NCBI RefSeq assembly: GCF_001194135.2
Contig: NC_068981.1
Span: forward strand, 71,860,701 to 71,893,467
Reading direction: 5' to 3'
Origin: Octopus bimaculoides
Lineage: Eukaryota
DNA: 32,767 nt
The notes beneath the pieces are model-generated. The model was not told the DNA's origin, searched no databases, and saw only the letters and a list, made by a program, of their open reading frames with translations. Shown here piece after piece: positions 1 through 11,429 of the stretch; positions within the stretch are counted from its first letter, which is position 1, and each line of letters begins with the position of its first letter. A program made the translations under genes and the position numbers.

Positions 1-49
<49 letters not shown>

Positions 50-90
50 GTATATGTATGTATGTATATGTATATGTATGTATATATGTA
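1..90. repeat. (TA)n / (TATG)n microsatellite
   Basis: Pure TA run to about 42, then TATG/TATATG units. Confidence 0.97.
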
Positions 91-722
91 GGCAGGGAAT
101 TACAATTTCAAAACACAAGAAAATTATAAGAGATGCTCATTCATATTCTATAGAAATGTGGTCCAAGTTCATTTTTTTTTCTTCTCTTTTTTCTTTTATA
201 TTCTTGATAAAAATGTTGTCTTTGAATCACTTCATTTCCACCAATATTTGCCAGTCTGGTAATTCCATCCATCTACCTTTGATTGTGCTGTCACCTAGTT
301 CGAAGTTAGTTTGTGTTTTGACCAGTTGACAATTGCTGGACAACAACAAAGGTAGCATTGATTGCATTGTCTGACAGGCTCCACTTGATATAAAATTAAA
401 TCTAATGCTTTTCTTTCATCATTTGAAATTCAGAGCTGTTTACTGTATTCTATTATTTTCTTAGAAATCAGGAGCCTTTTTTTCAGTCCTCTCTCCTCCA
501 GACCTATTACCAGTACTACTCTACAGAGAACTAATCTGGTTTGCTGCTGCTACTGTTTTGTTTTGTTTTACTCAATAGAGGAATATCAGGGAGACAGCTT
601 CAAACACCAGAAGCAGATAGTACATCTGCTACTCATAGAGATGCTTTGCAAATCCTTACTGAAAATTTACTGTGTGATGCAAAAATAAATAAATTCCAAA
701 AGTAAACTTAAGAATACAGAAA

Positions 723-771
723 GTGAGTGAGTGTGAGTGAAAGAGAGAGAGAGAGAGAGAGTGAGAGAGAA
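723..771. repeat. (GA)n / GTGA microsatellite
   Basis: gtgagtgagtgtgagtgaaagagagaga... run. Confidence 0.9.
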
Positions 772-1004
772 GAGGAAATAAGAAGAACATATATAATCTT
801 TTATACTTTTTAACCAATTACTAACTCCACATTTTGGAAGCTTTTATTTTTATTTTTATTATTTTGCTGGAGGTACTAGTTCTTGTTAAGTTTCTTTGCT
901 AAGTTATATGCTTCTATGATATCTACTGACCAGCCATATATTCAAATTGCAATGTAATACTGTGGCAGCGTCTTAAGACTTGTATGATTCCATGTTGTGT
1001 AAGC

Positions 1005-1284
1005 CTAGTTTGGTTGGTAAGAGCTACTGATACTGCTATTAATGTTCTCATTATTTGTTGCTGCTGATAATGATGATAATAATGATGATAGCTGTGGTGG
1101 TGGTGATAGTGGTAGTGGTGGTGGTGGTGGTGCTGATAGTGTCATAGTATTGTTACTGATGTAGATATAAGTAGAAATTGTAGGCGTGTGCCTTTGTACG
1201 GTGTGTTCCTTTTTCTCTCTGTTACTACCACTACTTCTATTACCAAGGTTTAATTTTCTGGAAGTGAAAAATCTGCCTATAAAG
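1005..1284 (-). CDS. candidate terminal coding exon of an unidentified minus-strand host gene (low-complexity Pro/Ser/Asn tail)
   Basis: Minus-strand acceptor actttttgcatttcAG immediately upstream of 1284. It is open as SFIGRFFTSRKLNLGNRSS...PPPPP...YQPN* to the stop at 1005-1007. AATAAA motifs on the minus strand lie near 843-860. Part of the ORF is a (GGT)/(GAT) microsatellite, so openness may be by chance; no protein family recognised. Confidence 0.3.
1062..1140. repeat. (GAT/AAT)n + (GGT)n trinucleotide low-complexity tract
   Basis: gataatgatgataataatgatgata...ggtggtggtgatagtggtagtggtggtggtggtggtg. Confidence 0.85.
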
Positions 1285-2589
1285 CTGAAATGCAAAAAGT
1301 GTATGTAAATACATTTATCTAGTTTCTTTTAAAATCTAATTAAATTTAGAATAGTCATTATGTACATGCATACACACGCATTTGATTGCATGTATGCAAG
1401 TGCATTGTGCTTTTGTGTGAGCACACATGTTTATATCTGGCATAAAAACTAGTTTGTGTTACTAGTGTTGTACGTACATATAAACAGTGTATTCAAATTT
1501 TATCACATTTTCAAATCTAATCTTTTCATATTCTTGTGAATTTACATTTTGCATATGTTGATAACATCTATTCTCTAATTGTGTCACTTAGTCTTTTTTT
1601 ATATTTCTTTAAGAAAATTGATGAGGGTAAAAGGAATAAGAATGAAAGAGAAGATTAGGGGGTAAAAAAAAGAAGACCTTAATTATCAACAAAGAAGCTG
1701 TCTATAAGGAGGCAATGACATGGCAGAAGGTAGGAGGAGATGTTGGAAGGGAAAGTGAGAGTAAGAGATGAAGGAATGTCATAAGTAAAAGTTAGTTGTG
1801 AAAGGCTATTTAGTGAGATGAAGTAGGAACTGCAGATAAGATGTAAGATGGTGAAGAGGTTTGGGGAGAGACTTATTTAGATTAGGTTCTTTGACTTCAG
1901 TTATCCTCCCCGTCCTCTTCTCTGATTTAATAACACCTGCTTTTCTAACATTTTATACTATGCTGTGGCCCCACCAAAAATACCATCTCGTATCAGAAAC
2001 CAACACACTGATTTGCTTGGTTTACAGTCACAGAGGAACCAAGCAACTGATACAGAATAAAAATAAACATTGGAGAAAAAAGAAAAAAAATAAGGAAAAT
2101 GAGGTCAGAGGTGATATTTAATGTCAGCTTGCCTTGTTGCTGTAGAATTTTGCCTAAATTCATTATTTTCCTTCTTAAATATTTTATATTTTGCTACAAA
2201 TATACCCAGTTTTCAAATCTAATTGTAGAAATCCTATCAGTAGGTGTTAGTGCTTATTTATGAATATTATTGCCACATTTTTTATTAAAATTTTGTTAAG
2301 ATAAATTGAGTTTTGTATTGTTTTGTATTTCTTATTTACTTTTATTCAACCATGAGTTTAGAAACATTGAACAGAGTTTTGAAATTTCTATAATTTTTTA
2401 AATTCAAGTTATAAAGCATACAGATGGTCTAAATCTGTTACTTAATCTACCATTAAATATTCTACAAAAAAAAAAATGACACTTTATTAATTATATATGT
2501 TCAAATATATATCTTTTCCATGTGTTTTAATTGTTATTCCACATATAAAATTTAAAGTGCCATATATTTGGCAAAATATATTCACAGCT

Positions 2590-2900
2590 CAATATCCAAT
2601 GTTATATCCTTTTTTCTCAATGAGTTAATGTCATTTGAGAGGATTAGACTTAATTAAGCTCTTGCAACAGAATATGAAAATTCATTCACAGGATTCTTTG
2701 ATCACATTGAACAGATGGCTGAGATTCAATAGTTTCTGAGTTTTGACATCATGATCAGCTTTATTCTAAAAATTATCCATAGGATTAAAATCAGAGTATT
2801 CAGCAGACCAGAACAGTAGCTCAATTTTTTTTCTATTGGAAATGAATTTGCTTAACTAAATGTTTGGTGCGTATGAAGTTGTTAACATGCACCAGCATCC
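2590..2900 (-). mobile_element. highly decayed Tc1/mariner transposase C-terminal relic (possibly maT/DD37D-like)
   Basis: Minus 2813-2766 reads FWSAEYSDFNPMDNF*, resembling WPPxSPDLNPxDYxxW. LIEKKGY near 2600-2625 resembles the terminal VIExKGG motif. No TIRs found. Confidence 0.3.
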
Positions 2901-3028
2901 CTTTGAACAGCGGTCATTAAAGTAATGCAAAAGAACATCTCTCTAGGAGCTTTTGTACCACTCCTTATCAATGATGTCAGTGATACAATGAACAGGTTTT
3001 GAACTGTGAGTTGAGAAATCACCTCGAC

Positions 3029-3327
3029 TGGTGGTTCTCAGCCAGGATCAATATGACCCTTGAGAGTCCATTTAAGATTTTTGGGAGTCCACGTAATAAA
3101 GTAGTAAATTGGGGATCCACAATGGCATTTTAAGGGTCCCTGCTAGGTTTCTTTTTCTAACATTTTATGTAGTTCAAACTACGGAAGTTAATTGAGTGAA
3201 AAACAAAACAAGAGTTTTGAAAGAAGTTTCTATAAAACTATTCTTTTAACATTGAATGGGTATCGGGTCCACCAGAATAAATTAAAATCAAAGGAATTCA
3301 TAGATAAAAAATGGTTGAGAACCCCTG
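3029..3327. mobile_element. hAT-Charlie-type MITE (299 bp)
   Basis: Left end tggtggttctcagcc; right end ggttgagaacccctg (reverse complement caggggttctcaacc). The 8-bp flanks acctcgac / tcctagac match at 6/8 and resemble the NTCTAGAN Charlie target. Confidence 0.8.
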
Positions 3328-3748
3328 TCCTAGACCATAATGCTGCTCTATACACCCATCATGGTGCTCTGGAAACAATTGATATTCAATTCTTCACTAC
3401 ATTCTGCCATAATGTCCAAATATTTTGAACTTGTATTCATTTACATAACGCTACTCAGCAGGAGTCTATCTAAACAATATAAATTGGCAGAGTTGTTCAA
3501 CATAAAGCCACCTGCCTAACACACCTATTTTCTATTGTTTAAGGAAAATTTCTTTTCCATTTAAAAATATTTTTTACCAGCCCTCAAACTCTCTGTTTCA
3601 GATATATAACCAGCAGTAACATTTCCATTTTTGACATTCTGTTCCAACATATTTTTTTCTCAATTGAATGTATTGAAAAATTGAAAAGGTAGAGGGGAGT
3701 GCTTATTGCATAACTCAGCTATATATCGTGTGTATATATATTTATATA

Positions 3749-3967
3749 CAAGGAGGTGCTGTAAAGTTCCTAGCTTTAAAGGCATCATGAAAGGCCTGGT
3801 TGGAGGCCCAAACTTTCAAGGTTCTTTTACAGAGCTTAGAAAAATTGAAGGATCGCTGCAATAAGCGTGTGAATCTATGAAGGGAGATATGTTGAATGAA
3901 CTCATAATCAACTGATCTGCCTGTCTCTTCTTTTACCCAAAGCCAGGAACTTTTCAGCACCCCCTCA
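3749..3967 (+). mobile_element. mariner internal-deletion derivative (219 bp)
   Basis: TA flanks at 3747-3748 and 3968-3969. TIRs caaggaggtgctgtaaagttcctagcttt vs reverse complement tgagggggtgctgaaaagttcctggcttt. The interior keeps the transposase C-terminus LEKLKDRCNKRVNL..RYVE* (cf. KLxxRWxKCIxxxGDYVE). Confidence 0.85.
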
Positions 3968-3977
3968 TATACATATA

Positions 3978-4205
3978 CATCATCATCATCATCATCATCA
4001 TTTAACGTCCGTTTTTATGCTGGCATGGGTTGGATGGTCTGACTAAGGTCTGGAGAACCAGTAGCTGCACCAAGCTCCAACCTGATCTGGCAGTGTTTCT
4101 ACAGCTGGATGCTCTTTCTAATGTCAATCACTCCAAGAGTGTAGCCGGTGTTTTTACGTGCCACTGGCACAGGAGCCAGTCAGGGGGTACTGGCATCGGC
4201 CATGT

Positions 4206-4207
<2 letters not shown>
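3978..4207 (-). mobile_element. (ATG)n-tailed short retroposon (SINE or RTE-LINE 3' end), copy 1
   Basis: On the minus strand: gccagtggcacgtaaaaacacc...cattagaaagagcatccagctgtagaaac...ccaacccatgccagcataaaaacggacgttaaatgatgatg. Aligns by eye with the copies at 26340-26524 and 30057-30321. Confidence 0.85.
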
Positions 4208-4209
<2 letters not shown>

Positions 4210-4250
<41 letters not shown>

Positions 4251-4285
4251 GTGTATGTATGTATGTATGCATGTATGTATGTATA
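4210..4285. repeat. (TA)n + (TATG)n microsatellite
   Basis: Direct reading. Confidence 0.95.
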
Positions 4286-4367
4286 TTGCCTTTCTTTTTA
4301 GAGCCAGTAAAGTTTCAAAAAGTATTAAAAAATTGCTTTTTTGTTACATACAATATAAACAATGCAT

Positions 4368-4754
4368 NNNNNNNNNNNNNNNNNNNNNNNNNNNNNNNNN
4401 NNNNNNNNNNNNNNNNNNNNNNNNNNNNNNNNNNNNNNNNNNNNNNNNNNNNNNNNNNNNNNNNNNNNNNNNNNNNNNNNNNNNNNNNNNNNNNNNNNNN
4501 NNNNNNNNNNNNNNNNNNNNNNNNNNNNNNNNNNNNNNNNNNNNNNNNNNNNNNNNNNNNNNNNNNNNNNNNNNNNNNNNNNNNNNNNNNNNNNNNNNNN
4601 NNNNNNNNNNNNNNNNNNNNNNNNNNNNNNNNNNNNNNNNNNNNNNNNNNNNNNNNNNNNNNNNNNNNNNNNNNNNNNNNNNNNNNNNNNNNNNNNNNNN
4701 NNNNNNNNNNNNNNNNNNNNNNNNNNNNNNNNNNNNNNNNNNNNNNNNNNNNNN
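4368..4754. other. assembly gap (387 N)
   Basis: Run of N; it generates the poly-X ORFs in the track. Confidence 1.
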
Positions 4755-5931
4755 TCCTAGACCTTAAAGAGTTAAAAGTTCTTGAAGTATAGAATAATGT
4801 ACACTGAGCTGGATTAAAGCCCAAAGAGGTCCTAAATACTTAAAAGATTTTGGTGCTTCCGTATTTATGTAATTCAAAATATAAGCAATAACAAATCATA
4901 AAATAAATTTTTATTTTTCAAAATGAAATAAAACTAACAGTAAGATGAAAAATAATGTTTATTTTTGTATATTTCCACTTTATCTTTATTTGAAAAGTTT
5001 TCTATTTTTTCAATTGCAACACATCTGATAATTATATTTCTGATCATATAAACCACTTTGAATATATCTTAGCAAGTTTAAAATGATTTCTTTTGTGCTG
5101 TAAACCATTTACCATTTCTATGATCCTCCTTTTCCCTTGATTCCCTAAGCATGTGCTTATTTCACTTAATGGTTCACCTAGTACTCAATGTACACCAAAA
5201 AGTGGGGTGGGAATTCTTACTAAAAACCGTTTTCTTGAAAGTCTGCAAGAATTAATTGCTCTTCTAATAAATTTCACAAATTTTGAATAGTTATTGACTC
5301 CTCTTCACCAATTGATAAATTGGTTTGATTGGTTTGAAACTGAATAATTTTGTTTGCTCTCTTGTTTATCATTAATACCACAACTATAAACTTGAAAAAG
5401 TATCTATTTTGTAAATAAATTTATTGAGGTTATTTGAACTGTTGTAATGTGCTTTAATCAAAGTCACATCACAATATTCATGAATTCATTAATTGTTTGT
5501 ACATTTTCTGACATTATATTCATTTAGTCATTATCTTTCTTGGAGTCACTGATTATTTATCAAATTTTCTTGTTATAATAACATTAATTTTTGCTATTAT
5601 TAATTTATTGTATAAGATAAATAAAATAAAATATATAAAGAGAAATGATATGCAACTCAAATGATTACAGTGATATTAGTTGAAATCAAAATAGACATCA
5701 TAAAAATACTTATTAAAATGGTTATAGTAGTAATAAAAGGCATATTCCAGTTATCAACTTATTCTACAAACTAAAGCAAATATCAGTAAATTTATTAGTT
5801 TACATAGAACTACACTGTAAATTTTTTGATATCTACTTATGTGAACTCTTCATTTTATTACATAAGTTGCTAAAAATTATTTCAAGTCATGTGAACACAG
5901 ACTTACATTTTTTAAATGTAGTGTATGTATA

Positions 5932-6040
<109 letters not shown>

Positions 6041-6163
6041 TGTATGTGCACACATGCATGTGCATGAGTGTGTTTTAAAAAAATGCAAGACATTTTAATT
6101 AAGTTACTTGAGTATGCCTTAAAACTCTGAAATAGTAAAGTTTCCAGTTAGTGGTCACATGTA

Positions 6164-7388
6164 CAGTGTGTCCCCAAAAATGTATATACACAGTGAATGT
6201 TTATGAAGTCAGCGTTTATTAAACTACATTTCATTTTCAAAATTTAATAGAATCTACTGACAGAATTATATTTTTTTCTGAATACCTCTTTTCAAACTGA
6301 TGACTGTGCTGGTTTGGGCACTGCTTATAATGTGAAGCAATAGAATTGCAAACATCAAGAAACATTTTGTTTGGTATTTGTGCACATTCTTCTTAAATGG
6401 TTGCCTTCAATTCATCAAGTGTCACTGGTTTTGTAGCATAAACCTTATTAAGTATCCCCACAAAAAAATGTCTAATGGTGTGTGGTCCAGTAAATGCCAA
6501 GGTTATTCTACTGAACCTCTTCATCCAATCCACCTGTTGGGCAAAATCTCATAAAAGTAAGTCTTTACATTACTAAGGTAGTGTAGGGGTGCCCTCTTGC
6601 TGGAGATAAAACTCCACATCTTCAAAGTCCTCTCGAATGCATGGCATAACAGTTTGTAGCAGCAAGTTCAAGTAAATGGGACCCGTCGTAGCTTCATCGA
6701 TAAAGTATGATCTAATTAATCCTTTTGATGATTAACCTCACCACACTCTAATGCCTGGTAAATTAACATGATATTCCTCTGTAATACGTGAATTCTTGGG
6801 TCCTCTGTAGGTGCAATTGTGGCTGCTAATTATGCCAGTTTATTTAAACGTAGTCTCTTCTCTCCAAATATTCCTCTTTTGGAAAGTATGCATCTTGTAC
6901 ACATCTTCAGTCTGGATCATCTTCATTGAGAGCATAGACTATTCTTGGAATGTGACTTTCCCAATGACAGTGCTTTCCAAATGTGATGGAGATTGATTTT
7001 GTAATTCCTATCTCATGACTCACTTGCTGCACTAATTTTCTTGAACTCTGGCAATATGTTTCTAGTACACTTTCTTGCTTTGTGGAGCTTGTCAACATCT
7101 GTGGCCTTCCAGAGCATTTCCTATCGACATTCTGAATAGTTCCATTTGCTTTAAACTTATCTGTAATTTAAGAGATGGAGTTATTTTGGACTTCTTTGAA
7201 ACTCTCTTCTAAATTGTCTTTGCCCTTTGACTGCATTTTCAAACTTCCAGTGGTACTTTAGGATAAATTTCCCCTGTTCAACGCTTAATCTGTCCCCTTT
7301 CATTATTTATAATAGGTTAAGTTTAAAAAGCAATGAAAGTTGAGTTATCATCTGTTAAAATGTGTATACATTTTTTGGAGACACCCTG
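6164..7388 (-). mobile_element. full-length inactive Tc1/mariner element, DD41D (rosa/Visitor) type, 1225 bp
   Basis: TA flanks at 6162-6163 and 7389-7390. About 28-bp TIRs cagtgtgtccccaaaaatgtatatacac / rc cagggtgtctccaaaaaatgtatacaca. The broken transposase from ATG 7303 down to about 6270 reads MKGDRLSVEQGKFILKYHWKFENAVKGQRQFRREF (DUF4817-like HTH), KFKANGTIQN..RKCSGRP, ALNEDDPD, WREETTFK (WSDE), FYLQQEG (QQDG), PNRWIG, DHTPLDIFLWGYL, KVYATKP, HQFE. There are 41 residues between the D2 position and the TPLD aspartate after repairing one frameshift. Confidence 0.9.
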
Positions 7389-7530
7389 TATACTTTACTC
7401 ACAAGATCATATAAGGCAAATTGTGACTAAAACATTAATAAGCTGTGAATGAATAAAATAAAAATAACAAATACTATCTACCTATGGTGATTTAGTAATC
7501 AACAAAACTAGGGACAGCATCTAAGCTTAC

Positions 7531-7569
7531 CTTTTGTATTTGAACAGATGTGATGGTCCCAAAGCGATC
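7531..7569 (-). CDS. candidate 39-nt internal exon of an unidentified minus-strand host gene
   Basis: Acceptor ctacatttttgttttacAG, then GATCGCTTTGGGACCATCACATCTGTTCAAATACAAAAG, then donor GTAAGC. All three frames are open (DRFGTITSVQIQK / IALGPSHLFKYK / SLWDHHICSNTK). Confidence 0.45.
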
Positions 7570-8483
7570 CTGTAAAACAAAAATGTAGTGATGTCTTTTT
7601 GATTCTTCTATTTTATTACTTTTACCCACTCTTAGCATTGAGCACATAACATTTAGGAATACAGATTCACATTAGGATTTTAGCCTTTCTGTTTTTTATA
7701 TCATTCTAGGATAATTGGGAGGCTTTTTGTTCATGGATCATTGCCTTACTTCACTAGACATGATTTCTACTGCTAACTACTTGGCTGTCAATGGTAAACC
7801 TTGGTTAAGTAGATAAAGTGGATACTACTTGAAATGTCTTAACTCCAATAGTTGGATGATAGGAATGTCTTTTCTCACAGTTTAGGAAATGAATAAATAT
7901 GAGTATGATACAACAATAGCAGATATACAAGTATCTCAAACCCATAAATGAAATGTCTACACTTAAAATGTGCAAAATTCTTCTCAAAAGTTTGCTGGAA
8001 GCATTAAATAACTTTTGATATGTATTTGTGCTGTGAGTGAAGCAGAAAAAAAATATAGCATGGAAAAAATCTAATCCTTTTTGTATTTCTGTTGAGATAC
8101 ACTGCCTTTGTTGCAGTTAATTTTGGAAATTAGAAGAATTAAGCATAATAACTTATAGAATAGGACCAAGGGCTCTCTCAGGTAGATTGGTATCATAGGG
8201 GTTTAAACTAACATCTTTGTTAACCTCGATAAAATTGTTCTTTTACACAACTGTAAGTACATGCATGAGTGGTGTGATTCAATATGGAAATAAAACAGGC
8301 AGGGAAGTCAGAATATTTGGAAACAATTAACTCTTATCTGTGGATTTAATAGACAAAGAAATACAAACCAGTTGAGAAAACATTTGTGTATCAGATGATA
8401 ATTTTTGTATAGTAGTGTTGATTGAACATTGTTTACCTTGCAAGACACTGATAAAATGAATGAATTAGTCACAACTCCTAGCC

Positions 8484-9126
8484 ATGGAAACTGACTTGGC
8501 GATAAAGTTTTGTATTAAACTGGGTAAAAATGCTACAGAAACTTATGAAATGCTCCAGATTCCTTATGGATTAATTAGTATGAGCCAAGAATCTGTTTTT
8601 CATTGGCATAAGAGACCAGCCAAAGCAAGTCCACTAGGAAGCTCATGACAATCCCCTTTTTTAACAGTAAGGGCATAATATACATCCACTGGGTTCCCTC
8701 TTGTTGGACGGTCAATAAAAAGTATTTTGTGGAAGTTTTGAAGGTGTTCAGAAAGCGATTTCATTGTAAAAGGCCAGTACACCTGCATCAGGACAATGCA
8801 CCATTCCAGAATTCCATTCTGGTAACCAACCACTTGACAGAGATGGGCATCAAAATTGTCCATCCCCACTCCCTACAGTCCAGACCTTGCTTCTGGTGAC
8901 TTTTTGTTGTTCCCTAAGCTGAAGGAGATGAAGGAAGCTATGCCAAGAATCCTTGACACCTCTACTTTGGAGAACATCCATGGAGTCTTTACGAAGTGGT
9001 TGGAGCACTACAAATGTATTGAAGTCAGAGGATCCTACTTTGAAGGAAATTAGTGTTTTATACTTCTTTGAAATTAATAAACATTCTCTCATGAAAAAGT
9101 CTCAAAACTTCTGGAATGCACCTTGT
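8484..9126 (+). mobile_element. DD34D mariner transposase relic with internal deletions
   Basis: METDLAIKFCIKLGKNATETYEML...SVFHWHKR (mariner HTH) jumps straight to LMTIPFFNSKGIIYIHWVP..TVN..YF.EVL, HQDNAP, PYSPDLASGDFLLFPKLK, KCIEVRGSYFEGN*. D..D spacing is 34 after one 1-nt repair. The 3' end ...aaaacttctggaatgcaccttgt is TIR-like; no 5' TIR seen. Confidence 0.9.
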
Positions 9127-9137
9127 CCATCCAAAGT

Positions 9138-9245
9138 GCTTCTTCCGGTCTTCATCTACCGAACCCACTCACAAGGCTTTGGTTGGTTTAGGGCTACATG
9201 TAGAAGACTCTTGCCCAATATGCCATGCAGAAGGACTGAACCCAT
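9138..9245 (-). mobile_element. tRNA-derived SINE family A, 5' fragment
   Basis: rc gggttcagtcc...ttgggcaagagtcttctac...aaccaaagccttgtgagtggg matches 14775-14850. Confidence 0.7.
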
Positions 9246-9696
9246 TGTTATAACTCTAGTTATTCTTTCATATTATGTTTTCACAATTCCAGGACATGAC
9301 TAAAAGTATTTCCCTTGGCTCTGCTAGGCAAAAGAATAGTAATATAATTCGAATTTAAAATCAAACATACCCATTTAAACTTCAAATAGCAAGAATTTTT
9401 CTGGAAGTACACAATATGATGACTTTCAATCATTAAAAATTCTATGTGCAAATGACTGTTCACATACATTTACAAATAAAACAACAAAAGGCTTAACTCT
9501 ACTTTTTTTTTACTACTAAAAAGTTCACAATAAATTCTGCAATCTGAAACTATCACAAAGCACTCTCATCAAACATTGCCAACATGTAGTGATTGTATCT
9601 ATTGACTATTGATTAAATTCAGCATGACTTACTAAAAAACTGCTGAACAGAGGTACTGCAATTGTTTGGCTCTCCAAACAAAAGGACTTTTTAAAA

Positions 9697-9884
9697 CCTT
9701 TACTTGTCTCAGTCATTGGACTGCAACCATGTTAGGGCACACCAACTTAAAGTAGATAGTTGAACAAATTGACCTCTCTATTTATTTTAAAGTTTAGTAC
9801 TTATTCTATCAGTCTGTTTTGCTGAACCACTAAGTTATAGGGACATAAAGAATCCAACACCAGTTGTCAAGCACTGGTGGGAGA

Positions 9885-9923
<39 letters not shown>

Positions 9924-9933
9924 NNNNNNNNNN

Positions 9934-9972
<39 letters not shown>

Positions 9973-10140
9973 TGTATATGATAGGCTTCTACACAGATTC
10001 TGGCTACCAAATTCCCTCAGAAAGCATTGGTTGACTAAGAGCTATAGTGGAAGATATTTGTCCAAGGTGCTGCACAATGGGACTGAACATGAAACCATGA
10101 GATTTGCAAAGCAAGTTTATTAACTATACAGCCATACCTG
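9697..10140 (-). mobile_element. tRNA-derived SINE family A (octopus OK/OR-like), near full length with internal (CA)n
   Basis: rc starts caggtatggctgta...catggtttcatgttcagtccc (A/B-box-like), has a central (TG)n with a 10-N gap, then gcttgacaactggtgttgg...aacttagtggttcagcaaaa...gcagtccaatgactgagacaagtaaa. Collinear with 14719-15118. Confidence 0.85.
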
Positions 10141-10340
10141 CATGTGTACAATAATTCTCTTGACTAGAATTAAAATTCTAGGTTGTACACTATTCAATCA
10201 GAATTAACTACTCAATTTTGAATAGAAAACTGCAACATGTAGTGTTGATACAATAAAAGGATATGAAATTCAACATAAAAAATATGCAACTTAGAGAAAA
10301 ACTAAAGCTTAAACAACTTTACAGATATTGGAAAATGTTC

Positions 10341-10482
10341 AACTGGTTCTTATTTTATCGACCCTGAAAAGATGAAAGGCAAAGTCAACCTCAACAGAAT
10401 TTGAACTCAGAACATAAAGACAGAAGAAATGCTGCTAAGCATTTTGCACAGCATGTTAATGATTCTGCCAGCTTGCTGCCTT
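10341..10482 (-). mobile_element. tRNA-derived SINE family B, 3'-truncated
   Basis: rc aaggcagcaagctggcagaatc...ctgagttcaaattctgttgaggttgactttgcctttcatc...gtcgataaaataagaaccagtt. B-box-like GAGTTCAAAT; matches 13254-13490. Confidence 0.8.
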
Positions 10483-10547
10483 CAGCTTTCCAGATATTAA
10501 CTATTAGAATCACTATCTGCCCTTTCTTTCTCTTTTGTAGTCATCAT

Positions 10548-10848
10548 TATTACCTTAGCGAAGGCAGAGGTATTGTTTTCAGTCATATTTGTTTGTTTTG
10601 TCTGTGGACAAGATATCTCAAGAACCGCTGGATGGATTCAGATGAAACGCTCAGGGGTGTTTGGCCTCGTAACTGGCACAAACTGATTAAATTTTGGGAT
10701 TGATCCGGATATAATTAAATTAAAAAAACCCCAAACCAAAACCAAAATTGTCTCAGTGTTTTCTGATGTTTAGGACTGCATCTGTAGTAGTAGTTCTTGA
10801 ACCATTTGATGGTGTATATGGTGCTGTCTGCTAGTGAGTGTAGCTTCT
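10548..10848 (+). mobile_element. probable non-autonomous Helentron-associated (HINE/DINE-1-like) element
   Basis: It starts ttaccttagcgaaggcagaggt (short hairpin cctt-agcg-aagg), followed by a gtttg/gtct micro-repeat and the recurrent gatatctcaagaaccgctggatggatt..gatgaaac...attaaattttgggattgatccggat block. A possible 3' motif gtctgctagtgagtgtagcttcta lies near 10825-10848. Family assignment is from recalled similarity only. Confidence 0.5.
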
Positions 10849-11000
10849 ATATTCATATTTTTTTAAAGAAAGTCTTTTGTTGTAAGATTGAATGTATTTA
10901 TATATACATATGTACATGTCACATGTGCATCATAACTCACTAATTGATACTTTACCCAATAATACTAATGCCTCTGAATACATGATGTAATGTATAAATA

Positions 11001-11002
11001 TA

Positions 11003-11059
<57 letters not shown>

Positions 11060-11070
11060 ACACACATACA
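11001..11070. repeat. (TG)/(TA)/(CA) compound microsatellite
   Basis: Direct reading. Confidence 0.95.
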
Positions 11071-11429
11071 TATCATGTCACCCATTTTAATACCAACTCC
11101 TGACTCATCTTAGGCTCACATCTAAAGAAAATCCAACTGGTACAATGTGGTTCACAAATATACTAGCCTGTAGCTATTACACATACTACTTTTTCCTTTT
11201 TGCTTTTTCTGTCACTGCTAAAATGAACTTTGTTCCTTGGAACTCATCAACCTTAGGTTACTTTAATTCAAGCACTTCCAACACCCTCATCTCTTCTCTA
11301 CTGACCATATACTTTATGCTGACTCCCACCAAGTTTCTCACTAATCATTATGTCCAGTTCTTTATTCCCAGGGCCACCTTCCGGGATCCCTTCTCTGCAC
11401 ATGCTTTTTATTCTGCAGCAGCAAACTTG

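Noticed and set aside
4030-4824. Long ORFs of 132-245 aa
   Set aside because: They span the 387-N gap and microsatellites.
4803-5178. Possible decayed hAT MITE (ends resembling gggccctaagcac/..ccctaagcatgtgctt.. blocks)
   Set aside because: No convincing TIR pair or TSD could be read.
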